Shown: in pieces, positions 39,483 to 48,417 of the stretch
Numbering within the stretch: position 1 is the stretch's first letter
Layout: every line of letters starts with the position of its first letter
Assembly (NCBI GenBank): GCA_913058295.1
Contig: CAJXRD010000007.1
Span: 15,771-79,770, forward strand
Origin: an uncultured Flavobacteriales bacterium
Lineage (GTDB): Bacteria > Bacteroidota > Bacteroidia > Flavobacteriales > Flavobacteriaceae
Reading direction: 5' to 3'
Length of the DNA: 64,000 bases
Translations under genes and position numbers: made by a program
The notes under the pieces: model-generated
What the model was told of the DNA's origin: nothing
Database searches by the model: none
What the model saw: only the letters and a program-made list of their open reading frames with translations

Positions 39483-40253
39483 TTATTCTTTGATTCCTTT
39501 CACAAAATTGCTAATACTTTCTTTTAAATTATTAGAATCTTTAATTGCTTTAATAAAGGCACTACCAATGATGGCACCTTCTGCATAATTACAAGCTGTT
39601 GTAAATGATTCTTTATTTGAAATCCCAAAACCAATTAATTTTGGGTTCTTAAACGAAAGACTTTTAATTCGTTTAAAATAATCGACTTGGTTTTGTTGTA
39701 AATTACTTTTAGAACCCGTGATAGCATAGGAAGAAACCAAATATAGAAAACCCGAACTTTCTTCATCTAAAAGACGTATTCGTTCATCTATAGTTTGAGG
39801 AGTAATTAAGAATATCATATCCAGTTCCAAATCCTTTAGAAGGCTTTTGTAATTTTTCTGATAGATATCTAGTGGTAAATCTGGGATTATAAACCCGTCA
39901 ACTCCTACCCTTTTTGCTTTTTCAAAAAAAGACTTGGCTCCATATTGCAATACTTGATTATAATAACCCATTAAGATAATAGGTATTGCAACCGTTTTTC
40001 TTATTTCTACAATTTGATTGAAAATAAGATCTAATGTGATTCCGTTCTTTATTGCAATTTCACTACTATTCTGTATGGTTGGCCCATCTGCTAATGGATC
40101 TGAAAAAGGCATGCCAATTTCAATCATATCCACTCCATTTCTAGCCAATTCTTGAACTATTTCTACAGTATCGTTTAGCTTCGGAAAACCAGCCGTAACG
40201 TAGATGTTAAGGATATTTGTTTTGGTTTGGAATGTATTTTTTATTCTTGTCAT
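39483..40253 (-). CDS. trpA: Tryptophan synthase alpha chain
   Basis: IEIGMPFSDPLADGPTIQ, GFGIS, IIGSAF. Confidence 0.98.
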   Translation of the reverse strand: MTRIKNTFQTKTNILNIYVTAGFPKLNDTVEIVQELARNGVDMIEIGMPFSDPLADGPTIQNSSEIAIKNGITLDLIFNQIVEIRKTVAIPIILMGYYNQVLQYGAKSFFEKAKRVGVDGFIIPDLPLDIYQKNYKSLLKDLELDMIFLITPQTIDERIRLLDEESSGFLYLVSSYAITGSKSNLQQNQVDYFKRIKSLSFKNPKLIGFGISNKESFTTACNYAEGAIIGSAFIKAIKDSNNLKESISNFVKGIKE

Positions 40254-40264
40254 AATTAATAATT

Positions 40265-40296
40265 TAATGAGATAATGTTCTAATGAGCTAATGAAT
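40265..40296. repeat. Four tandem 8-mers with a TAATG core in the trpB-trpA gap
   Basis: TAATGAGA TAATGTTC TAATGAGC TAATGAAT. Confidence 0.7.
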
Positions 40297-40316
40297 TAAT
40301 TCCTTCTTTCATTGAA

Positions 40317-41489
40317 TCATTGCAACCTTCTTATATACGTTTCCATGTCCTTATCTCCTCTTCCGGAAAGATTAACTACCACATTTTCATCGGCTTTAAA
40401 ATCAATTTTATGTAAAGCTGCTAGTGCGTGTGCCGATTCTAAAGCTGGTATAATTCCCTCTAGTTTTGTAAGCTCATAAGCAGCATCTAATGCTTCTTGA
40501 TCTGTAGCACCTAAAAAGATTCCTCTTCCGCTTTTAAATAAATGAGCGTGCAAAGGACCTACGCCAGGATAATCTAATCCCGCAGAAATAGAATAAGGCT
40601 CGGTTATTTGTCCTTCCTCATTTTGCATTAATAAGGTTTTACTACCATGAATAATTCCTTCACTACCTACTTGCGTAGTTGCTGCGGTCTCCCCTGTTGC
40701 TATTCCTAACCCATCAGCTTCAACTGCAATTAACTCTACCTTCTCATTTTCGAGATAATGATAAAAAGCACCTGCTGCATTAGATCCTCCTCCAATACAG
40801 GCAATAATTCTGTCTGGATAATCTCTACCCGTTTTCTCTTGTAATTGCAATTTCATTTCTTCAGAAATAATAGACTGAAAACGAGCAACCATATCTGGAT
40901 AAGGATGTGGTCCAACTACCGATCCTATTAAATAGTAAGTATCTACTGGATTTGCAATCCAATCTCTAATGGCTTCATTTGTGGCATCTTTAAGTGTTTT
41001 AGAGCCAGATATTGCTGGTCGTACTTCAGCGCCAAGCATTTTCATACGAGCAACATTTGGCGCTTGTCTTTTTATATCTACTTCCCCCATATAAACAATA
41101 CATTCCAAACCCATTAGTGCACAAACCGTAGCGGTTGCAACCCCATGTTGACCGGCACCAGTTTCCGCAATAATACGTTTTTTATTCATTTTTTTGGCCA
41201 CCAATATCTGCCCCACTGTATTGTTTATTTTATGTGCGCCTGTATGATTTAAATCTTCTCTCTTTAAGAATACATTTGTATTGTATTTTTCAGAAAGTCG
41301 TTTGGCAAAATATAAAGGTGTTGGTCTGCCCACATAATCTTTTAATAAATTAGAAAATTCCTTTTTGAAAGATTCAGATTCGATAATCTTTAAATAATTT
41401 TCTTTTAACTCATTTACATTATGATAAAGCATTTCTGGTATAAATGCTCCTCCAAAATCTCCATAAAACCCGTTATTTTCTATATTCAT
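40317..41489 (-). CDS. trpB: Tryptophan synthase beta chain
   Basis: [14 protein letters not shown] (PLP lysine), [31 protein letters not shown]. Confidence 0.99.
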   Translation of the reverse strand: MNIENNGFYGDFGGAFIPEMLYHNVNELKENYLKIIESESFKKEFSNLLKDYVGRPTPLYFAKRLSEKYNTNVFLKREDLNHTGAHKINNTVGQILVAKKMNKKRIIAETGAGQHGVATATVCALMGLECIVYMGEVDIKRQAPNVARMKMLGAEVRPAISGSKTLKDATNEAIRDWIANPVDTYYLIGSVVGPHPYPDMVARFQSIISEEMKLQLQEKTGRDYPDRIIACIGGGSNAAGAFYHYLENEKVELIAVEADGLGIATGETAATTQVGSEGIIHGSKTLLMQNEEGQITEPYSISAGLDYPGVGPLHAHLFKSGRGIFLGATDQEALDAAYELTKLEGIIPALESAHALAALHKIDFKADENVVVNLSGRGDKDMETYIRRLQ

Positions 41490-42097
41490 CTTTGTAAACT
41501 TTGTTTAAATTTTTTAATTTTTTCAATATCCTTTAAAGCAGGCGCTATTTCGAAACCACTGTTAATATCAATGCCTGCAAACTTATCATGGCTTATGTTT
41601 AATATGCTTTCAGTCATGGTCCCGTCTAAACCTCCACTTAATAAAAATGGTGTTTGACCATTGTATTTCTGAAGTAAATTCCAGTTGAAGGTAATTCCAT
41701 TTCCTCCTGCATCTTTTCCAAATGCATCAAATAAAAAGTAGTTGCAAAAAGGCTCGTAATCACTCAACTTCTCAAAATCAAAGTCTTCAGAAATTTGGAA
41801 TGCTTTTATTATTTCAAACTCTTTCATTTTTAATTGCTGGCATTCTTTAGGAGTTTCATTTCCATGCAATTGAATCACATCTAATCCATAGTCTAAAACT
41901 TTTTCTCTTATAAATAATTCCTCCTTATCTACAAATACTCCTACTTTTTTTATAGTTTTCGGAAAATCTACATTCGAAATTTCCGATACATTTCTAGGAG
42001 ACTTTTTATGAAATATAAAGCCCATAAAGTCAGGCTGAAGTTTTATCAACTCGGTGATGTTTCTAGCATCTCTCATTCCGCAGACTTTTAGTTTCAT
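41486..42097 (-). CDS. trpF: Phosphoribosylanthranilate isomerase
   Basis: MKLKVCGMR start at 42097, QLHGNE, LFDA..GGNG, LSGG, DINSGFE. Confidence 0.95.
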   Translation of the reverse strand: MKLKVCGMRDARNITELIKLQPDFMGFIFHKKSPRNVSEISNVDFPKTIKKVGVFVDKEELFIREKVLDYGLDVIQLHGNETPKECQQLKMKEFEIIKAFQISEDFDFEKLSDYEPFCNYFLFDAFGKDAGGNGITFNWNLLQKYNGQTPFLLSGGLDGTMTESILNISHDKFAGIDINSGFEIAPALKDIEKIKKFKQSLQR

Positions 42098-42110
42098 TGT
42101 TTTATATTTT

Positions 42111-42149
42111 GAGATTGCCACATTTCGCTTAGCTCCATTCGCAATGACA
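42111..42149. repeat. Half REP-like element GAGATTGCC...TTCGCAATGACA in the trpC-trpF gap
   Basis: Matches the right arm of the 44638-44698 element. Confidence 0.7.
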
Positions 42150-42164
42150 TCTCGATTTATTAAT

Positions 42165-42977
42165 TTATTTATATTTTCCTTGAACATTTTCAAACTGATA
42201 AATATTCTCAATAAACTCTTTACATGCCAATGCAGGATTAGAAGTTTTCATAAAGTTTTCTCCAATTAAAAATCCTTCAAAGCCGTGCTTTTTTAATTCG
42301 ATAATATTTTCAAAGTCACTAATTCCACTTTCAGCTATTTTAATTGTTTCAAAAGGAAGTTGTGCTGCCAATCGTATAGAGTTTTCAAAATCTACTTTAA
42401 AAGTATTCAAGTCACGATTATTAATACCCACTAAATTTATTTCAGGAATGTATTTATCCAATTCCTCTTGGGTATGCACTTCCAATAAAACTTCTAAACC
42501 TAAATTATGTGCAAGACTTGTAAATTGTTGGATTTCATTTTTAGATAATACCGCTGCTATCAACAAAATTGCATCTGCACCAATAGATTTTGCTTCTATA
42601 ATTTGATATTCAGAAATAGTAAAGTCTTTTCTCAATATAGGTCCTAATCCCATTTTCTTTGCAGCTATAACATCTTCATTTTTACCTCCAAAGGATTTGG
42701 TATCTGTCAATATAGAAACACCTGAAGCACCAGCATTTAAATAACCTTTTACAGTTTCCGTAACCATTGCATTTTTATTAATAATGCCCTTGGAAGGAGA
42801 TTGTCGTTTAAATTCTGCTATAATTCCGCTTTTATCTTTTTGTTGTATCTGTTGTTTTAACGAAAAACCATCCGATTGAAAAAACAAACTTTTTTCTAAA
42901 ACTTTTACAGGGAATCTTTTAGCAAGTTCTCTAATTTCTTCTCTTTTGTAGTAAATTATTTTGTCTAAAATTGTCAT
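42165..42977 (-). CDS. trpC: Indole-3-glycerol phosphate synthase
   Basis: IAEFKRQSPSKG, SILTD, LRKDF, LLEVH, GINNRDL, AESGI. Confidence 0.98.
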   Translation of the reverse strand: MTILDKIIYYKREEIRELAKRFPVKVLEKSLFFQSDGFSLKQQIQQKDKSGIIAEFKRQSPSKGIINKNAMVTETVKGYLNAGASGVSILTDTKSFGGKNEDVIAAKKMGLGPILRKDFTISEYQIIEAKSIGADAILLIAAVLSKNEIQQFTSLAHNLGLEVLLEVHTQEELDKYIPEINLVGINNRDLNTFKVDFENSIRLAAQLPFETIKIAESGISDFENIIELKKHGFEGFLIGENFMKTSNPALACKEFIENIYQFENVQGKYK

Positions 42978-42980
42978 TTG

Positions 42981-43967
42981 CTATTTTATTACTTTATTTA
43001 GGGCTTGATATGCTTTCCCAGATTCTAAAGATTCATTAGCCATTGCAATGCATTCCTCAATAGATTTACTAGGTTCTAAGCATTTAAATGCAAATGAGGA
43101 ATTTGCTAAAACCACATTTTTTTGAGGTATAGTACTTTCATTCTTTAGCAGATTCACAAATATTTTTGCTGTTTCTTGAATAGTCTCTCCGCCAAATATA
43201 TCAGATGGATTTTGAGTATTAAACCCAATTAATTCAGGAGTATATAGGGTTTCTCCTGCATTTGAAATTGCTTTAAAATTCCCAGTTAATGAAATTTCAT
43301 CATAACCGTCTAGACTGTGAAGTATGGTATAATTCTTCTCACTATCTTGTAGTAAGTAATTATAGATTCTTGCAATTTCTAAATTGAAAACACCAACCAA
43401 TTGATTTTTTGGAAAACTCGGATTCACTAGTGGTCCTAACATGTTAAAAAAGGTTTTTATACCTAATTCCTTTCTTATAGGTGCCACGTTTTTCATAGCT
43501 GGATGGAACAAAGGGGCATGCATCATACAAAAGTTCGCTTCCTCTAATTGTCGCTTTAATATAGATTCTTCATTGGTGAATTTATAACCCAAATGCTCTA
43601 ATACATTAGAAGAGCCACAAGAAGATGAAACGCCATAGTTCCCGTGTTTCGCTACTTTATAACCTGCGCCAGCAACTACAAATGCTGAAAGTGTAGAAAT
43701 GTTAAATGTGTTTTTGCTATCTCCTCCAGTACCACAAACATCTATGGTATTAAAGTCTGATAAATCTATTTTATGGCATAAATCAAGCAGTGCATTTCTG
43801 AACCCTGTTAACTCTTCCACCGAAATATTTCGCATTAAATACACCGTTAAAAAAGCTGCAATTTGCGAAGGATTAAAATCTCCTGTACCAATTCTAGTTA
43901 AAATATCGTAGGCATCCTCTTGAGAAAGTTGCTGGTGTTGAAATAATTTATCTAATGTGTTTTTCAT
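42981..43967 (-). CDS. trpD: Anthranilate phosphoribosyltransferase
   Basis: DVCGTGGD..TFNIST, KHGN, GYDEIS. Confidence 0.98.
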   Translation of the reverse strand: MKNTLDKLFQHQQLSQEDAYDILTRIGTGDFNPSQIAAFLTVYLMRNISVEELTGFRNALLDLCHKIDLSDFNTIDVCGTGGDSKNTFNISTLSAFVVAGAGYKVAKHGNYGVSSSCGSSNVLEHLGYKFTNEESILKRQLEEANFCMMHAPLFHPAMKNVAPIRKELGIKTFFNMLGPLVNPSFPKNQLVGVFNLEIARIYNYLLQDSEKNYTILHSLDGYDEISLTGNFKAISNAGETLYTPELIGFNTQNPSDIFGGETIQETAKIFVNLLKNESTIPQKNVVLANSSFAFKCLEPSKSIEECIAMANESLESGKAYQALNKVIK

Positions 43968-43978
43968 GCTTATTAATT

Positions 43979-44051
43979 TGTCATTGCGAGGAACGAAGCA
44001 ATCTTTTCTAGAGATTGCAGCATCCCGAAAAAAACGGGATTCGCAAGGACA
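43979..44051. repeat. REP-like branched palindromic element in the trpG-trpD gap
   Basis: Outer arms TGTCATTGCGA / TCGCAAGGACA. Inner hairpins GCAATCT..AGATTGC and ATCCCG..CGGGAT. Confidence 0.85.
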
Positions 44052-44052
44052 G

Positions 44053-44625
44053 TTATATATTTAAAAAATTTGAAATCATCTCTTTTCCGTGTTCCGTTAG
44101 TATGGATTCTGGATGAAATTGAACTCCATATACTTTATACTCTTTGTGTTTTAAAGACATAATTTGATTGTTCTCTTCTACGGAAGTGATTTTTAATTCC
44201 TCAGGAAAATCTTCATTGGCAATTACCCAACTATGATATCTTCCTATCTGAAAGGAAGTCGGTAAATTTTTAAATAGCAAATCCTTTTTGTCAACTACAT
44301 CAATTGGTGTTGCTACGCCGTGAAAAACATTGTTAAGGTTTACTAGTTTAGCCCCAAAAACTTCCCCTATAGCTTGCATCCCTAAGCAAACTCCTAAAAT
44401 CTTTTTGGTGGGCGCATATTTTTTAATCAAGTCTTTTAATATTCCTGCATCACTTGGTAAACCTGGACCAGGAGAAAGTATAATCGTGTCGTAAATATTT
44501 ACGTATTCCAAATCAATTTCATCATTTCGAAAAACATCCACTTCATATTCTGGATTGGCTTCTACATAGTGAACCAAGTTATAAGTGAAAGAATCGTAAT
44601 TGTCTAATATTAATATCTTCTTCAT
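44053..44625 (-). CDS. trpG: Anthranilate synthase component II (glutamine amidotransferase)
   Basis: DNYDSFTYN, SPGPG, GVCLGMQ, RYHS, QFHPES. Confidence 0.97.
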   Translation of the reverse strand: MKKILILDNYDSFTYNLVHYVEANPEYEVDVFRNDEIDLEYVNIYDTIILSPGPGLPSDAGILKDLIKKYAPTKKILGVCLGMQAIGEVFGAKLVNLNNVFHGVATPIDVVDKKDLLFKNLPTSFQIGRYHSWVIANEDFPEELKITSVEENNQIMSLKHKEYKVYGVQFHPESILTEHGKEMISNFLNI

Positions 44626-44637
44626 GGTTTATTTTTT

Positions 44638-44698
44638 TGTCTTTACGAATGGAATGAAGTAATCTTTTGAAAAGATTGCTTCGTTCCTCGCAATGACA
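44638..44698. repeat. REP-like palindromic element in the trpE-trpG gap
   Basis: TGTCTTTACGA..GAAGTAATCTTTT-G-AAAAGATTGCTTC..TCGCAATGACA. Confidence 0.85.
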
Positions 44699-44704
44699 TA
44701 TTTA

Positions 44705-46102
44705 TTATATGTTCTCTGCTAATGCTAAAGCTTTCTTTAAAGCACCTAGTTTATTATTCACTTCTTGTAATTCGTTTTCTTCATTTGAATCGACCACTAC
44801 ACCAGCACCAGCCTGAAAAAACAAAGTGTTGTTCTTACTTAAAAAACTTCTTATAGTGATTGCATGGTTTACGGTTCCATCAAAGCCAAAAACTCCAATT
44901 GCGCCACCATAAAACCCCCTACTCTGATTTTCATACTCGTCAATTAATTGCATTGCTCTATATTTTGGAGCACCAGATAATGTTCCAGCCGGAAATGTAT
45001 CTGCATATACCTGTAAGGCATCTGAAGAGGAATTTAAATCTGCTTCTACTTCAGATACTAAATGGATAACGTGACTATAAAACTGTGTTTCTTTATAGGT
45101 CTTAACGGTAACGTTTTTTCCATGGCGACTTAAATCATTTCTAGCCAAATCTACCAACATCGTATGCTCTGCGTTTTCTTTGGGATCTTTGGCAAGCAGT
45201 TCTGCTAATTTTTTATCCTCAAAGTCATTACCCGTTCTTTTAAATGTTCCTGCAATTGGATTGATAGTCGCTATTCCACCACTTGCCTTTAACTGAGCTT
45301 CTGGAGAGGAACCAAAAAGTTTAAAATTTCCAAAATCAAAATAAAACAAATAAGGGGAAGGATTTACAGATCGTAACGAACGATATACATTAAAATCGTC
45401 TCCTGAAAATCCTTGAGAAAACTGACGGGAAAGTACGATTTGAAACACATCTCCTTTTTGACAGTGTTCTTTCCCCTTTTTCACCATATTTTTAAACTCT
45501 GTATCCGAAATATTCGTATCCTCCTGGCCTTTCAATTTAAAATGATATTGCGGATGATTGTTTCCCTTAACCAAATTTTCTAATTCCACCATTGTAGATT
45601 CCTTTCCCTCCACAACATTTTCTGTTAGAGTCATTTCATTTTTAAAATGATCAATTTGAATAATGTATTTAAAAAGGGAATAATGCATTAGCGGAGTGGA
45701 ATGCTTTTCTTCTTTAGGAGCTTTTATATCAATAGTCTCAAAATATTGAACCGCTTCATAATTAGTATAGCCGAAAAAACCATTAACCAGATCATTCTTT
45801 TCAATACTGAAAGTGTCAATTAAATTTTGAAGTTCGGAGATCACCTGCTTTCTTTCATTGATTTTATTTTTTTTATCTAATCCCAATCCATTAATATTTA
45901 TAGACTGATTTTCTACTACAAAAGAAACTAAAGGCTCCAGACAGATAAATGAGAAATTATTGTCATTTCCGTGATAGTCGGAACTTTCTAATAAGCATGA
46001 ATTATAAAACCGATCTCTTAACTTTAAATATAAGCCAACAGGAGTCACTGTATCGGAAAGCATTCTTTTATTTATTGTGTTAATGGAAATATTGTCTATC
46101 AT
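44705..46102 (-). CDS. trpE: Anthranilate synthase component I
   Basis: LLESSD, NPSPY, PIAGT, EHTMLVDLARND, FPAGTLSGAPK, QAGAG. ATG start at 46102. Confidence 0.98.
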   Translation of the reverse strand: MIDNISINTINKRMLSDTVTPVGLYLKLRDRFYNSCLLESSDYHGNDNNFSFICLEPLVSFVVENQSININGLGLDKKNKINERKQVISELQNLIDTFSIEKNDLVNGFFGYTNYEAVQYFETIDIKAPKEEKHSTPLMHYSLFKYIIQIDHFKNEMTLTENVVEGKESTMVELENLVKGNNHPQYHFKLKGQEDTNISDTEFKNMVKKGKEHCQKGDVFQIVLSRQFSQGFSGDDFNVYRSLRSVNPSPYLFYFDFGNFKLFGSSPEAQLKASGGIATINPIAGTFKRTGNDFEDKKLAELLAKDPKENAEHTMLVDLARNDLSRHGKNVTVKTYKETQFYSHVIHLVSEVEADLNSSSDALQVYADTFPAGTLSGAPKYRAMQLIDEYENQSRGFYGGAIGVFGFDGTVNHAITIRSFLSKNNTLFFQAGAGVVVDSNEENELQEVNNKLGALKKALALAENI

Positions 46103-46112
46103 AGTTTTAAGC

Positions 46113-46147
46113 AAAAAAAAAGACTTGTCGTAATCGACAAGTCTTTT
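46113..46147 (-). terminator. Attenuator terminator hairpin of the trp leader
   Basis: Minus strand AAAAGACTTGTCG-ATTA-CGACAAGTCTTTTTTTTT, ending just upstream of trpE. Confidence 0.9.
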
Positions 46148-46187
46148 GAATATTTTATATACAGAAGTTTTAGATTACGTTTTTAGT

Positions 46188-46229
46188 TTAACGAATCCAC
46201 CACCAACTTGTATTTATTGTAATTTTCAT
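46188..46229 (-). CDS. trpL: trp operon leader peptide MKITINTSWWWIR
   Basis: 13-aa ORF with three consecutive Trp codons, followed by antiterminator and terminator segments. Confidence 0.9.
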   Translation of the reverse strand: MKITINTSWWWIR

Positions 46230-46236
46230 ATCTGTA

Positions 46237-46269
46237 CAAATATATAAGAATATTTTTGAGAATTGCAAA
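46237..46269 (-). promoter_or_regulatory. Bacteroidota housekeeping promoter (-33 TTTG / -7 TATATTTG) for the trp leader
   Basis: TTTG, 21-nt spacer, TATATTTG. Ends 7 nt before the leader ATG. Confidence 0.75.
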
Positions 46270-46340
46270 TTAATTTCAATTTGTAAAAATCTTGTATATT
46301 TAAACAACAGGGGAAGAATATCTGAAATAAATAATTGAGT

Positions 46341-47258
46341 ATGAAAAATAAAGCTAAAATTGCTGCTGCACAACTTAGTCCCGTATTTTTAAATAAAACG
46401 GAAACCGTTAAAAAAGCTTGTAAAGCTATTGAGGAAGCTGGGAAAAATGGAGCTCAATTAATAGTCTTTCCAGAGGCTTTTATTTCTGGATATCCTGACT
46501 GGGTATGGCTTATTCCAAATAGTAAGGGAGCTCAATTAAATGAACTTTATATTAGATTAGTAGAAAATGCAATATCGGTACCAGACGATTCCACTGCACT
46601 ACTTTGTAAAGCAGCCAAAAAAGCAAAAATTCATGTGATAATGGGGATGCATGAAAAAAACTCAGAAACTAGTAACACTAGTCTTTTTAATAGCCTCTTA
46701 TTTATTGATAATGATGGGGAAATTATAGGAAAACACAGAAAGTTAATCCCTACCGGAGGGGAACGCTTAATTTGGGCACAGGGTGATGGAAGTACTTTGA
46801 AATCATATAAAACTCCTTTTGGTAAGATAGGAGGCTTGATTTGTTGGGAATCTTTTATGCCATTAGTGAGAAATGCCATTTATGAAGAGGGGACTCAAAT
46901 TCTTGCTGTTCCAACTTGGGATAAAAGTGTTAATTGGCTTATTAGTATGCAACATATTGCTAGAGAGGGCGGAATATTTATTATTAGTACTTGTATGGCG
47001 ATTAGAAAAAAGGATATCCCAGAAGAACTTAATTTTAAACATCTTTATCCTGAGGATAGAGAATGGATCAATACTGGAAATAGTTGCATCATTGCACCAA
47101 ATGGTAAAATTATAGCTGGCCCAATTTCATCTTCTGAAGAAATAATATACGCGGATATTGATTTAAATCAAATTATTGAAGTAAAAAGAATGTTTGATGC
47201 TGTTGGTCATTATTCACGACCCGATGTTTTTAATTTTTCTGTTAAAAAAGATATTTAG
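46341..47258 (+). CDS. Nitrilase (carbon-nitrogen hydrolase branch 1)
   Basis: Catalytic triad motifs VFPEAF (E), HRKLIPT (K), ICWESFMPL (C). Ends FDAVGHYSRPDVF. ATG at 46341. Confidence 0.9.
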   Translation: MKNKAKIAAAQLSPVFLNKTETVKKACKAIEEAGKNGAQLIVFPEAFISGYPDWVWLIPNSKGAQLNELYIRLVENAISVPDDSTALLCKAAKKAKIHVIMGMHEKNSETSNTSLFNSLLFIDNDGEIIGKHRKLIPTGGERLIWAQGDGSTLKSYKTPFGKIGGLICWESFMPLVRNAIYEEGTQILAVPTWDKSVNWLISMQHIAREGGIFIISTCMAIRKKDIPEELNFKHLYPEDREWINTGNSCIIAPNGKIIAGPISSSEEIIYADIDLNQIIEVKRMFDAVGHYSRPDVFNFSVKKDI

Positions 47259-47264
47259 TTCCGC

Positions 47265-48398
47265 TTATATAGAAATGCTTTCTAAAGCCTTTTCATAAAC
47301 TTCTTCATATAAAGGAACAATATTTTTTGTTTCAAACTTCATCGCAGTTTTCTTAGCATTTTGTTTGAATTTAAGATGCGTTTCAGGGTTTTCCAGTATT
47401 TTTAATGCGTTATTAGACATATCATCTACATCCCCAATATCGCTTAAATAACCACTAATTCCTTGAATGTTAACTTCTGGCAATCCTCCAGCATTACTAG
47501 AGATTACAGGAACTCCACATGCCATTGCCTCTAAGGCTACTAACCCAAAACTTTCATGTTCTGAAGGCAATAAAAACAAATCACTAAAACATAATATTTT
47601 ATCTACCTCATGACTATTACCAACAAAAAGAACATTATCAATAATGCCCAATTCTTCACATAACTTTTGAGTAGGATCTTTTTCTGGTCCTTCACCAACA
47701 ATAATTAATCTTGCAGGCATCTTTTTTAAAATTCGATCAAATATTTCAATAACATTATCAATTCGTTTTACCTTTCTTAAATTACTGATATGCGTAATTA
47801 TTTTTTCATCTTTATGTGCGATTAAATCTCGTTGACATTCAGAAAATGGATTGTTATATTTTTCAATATCTATAAAATTAGGAACCACATCGATTTCTCT
47901 TTTAATATCAAAAAGACGCAAAGTATCTTCCTTTAAGCTTTCCGAAACCGAGGTGACAGCATCGCTATTATTAATACTGAAAGTTACCGCTGGCTTATAA
48001 AAAGGGTGGCTACCAACTAAAGTAATATCGGTACCGTGTAAAGTAGTAACCATAGGAATATATATTCCTTCTTCTTCCAACATTTTTTTCGCCATATATC
48101 CCGCGTAAGCATGTGGAATAGCATAGTGTACATGTAAAAGCTCTATACCATGAAGCTTTACCATATCGACTAATTTACTTGATAATGCCAATTCGTATGG
48201 CTGGTAATGAAATAAAGGATAACTAGGCACAGTAACTTCATGATAATGCACATTGCTATGTAGTAATTGTAGACGTACGGGTTGCTTATAGGTAATAAAA
48301 TGAACCTCGTGACCATGTTCGGCTAAAGCAATTCCTAATTCGGTTGCTACTACTCCACTTCCCCCAAAAGTTGGGTAACATACTATGGCAATTTTCAT
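47265..48398 (-). CDS. bshA: N-acetyl-alpha-D-glucosaminyl L-malate synthase (bacillithiol biosynthesis)
   Basis: CYPTFGGSGVVATELG, HVHYAIPHA, TTLHGTDITLVG, ESFGLVALEAM. Confidence 0.93.
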   Translation of the reverse strand: MKIAIVCYPTFGGSGVVATELGIALAEHGHEVHFITYKQPVRLQLLHSNVHYHEVTVPSYPLFHYQPYELALSSKLVDMVKLHGIELLHVHYAIPHAYAGYMAKKMLEEEGIYIPMVTTLHGTDITLVGSHPFYKPAVTFSINNSDAVTSVSESLKEDTLRLFDIKREIDVVPNFIDIEKYNNPFSECQRDLIAHKDEKIITHISNLRKVKRIDNVIEIFDRILKKMPARLIIVGEGPEKDPTQKLCEELGIIDNVLFVGNSHEVDKILCFSDLFLLPSEHESFGLVALEAMACGVPVISSNAGGLPEVNIQGISGYLSDIGDVDDMSNNALKILENPETHLKFKQNAKKTAMKFETKNIVPLYEEVYEKALESISI

Positions 48399-48417
48399 AT
48401 AGTGTTTTTATATTATC

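Noticed and set aside
40265-40296. TRAP-type binding site in the trp operon
   Set aside because: On the mRNA strand the repeats are CAUUA with an 8-nt period, not (G/U)AG with a 5-nt period. The operon already has a leader-peptide attenuator.
43979-44698. Composite transposon or MITE carrying trpG
   Set aside because: No transposase and no target-site duplication. trpG is in its normal operon position.
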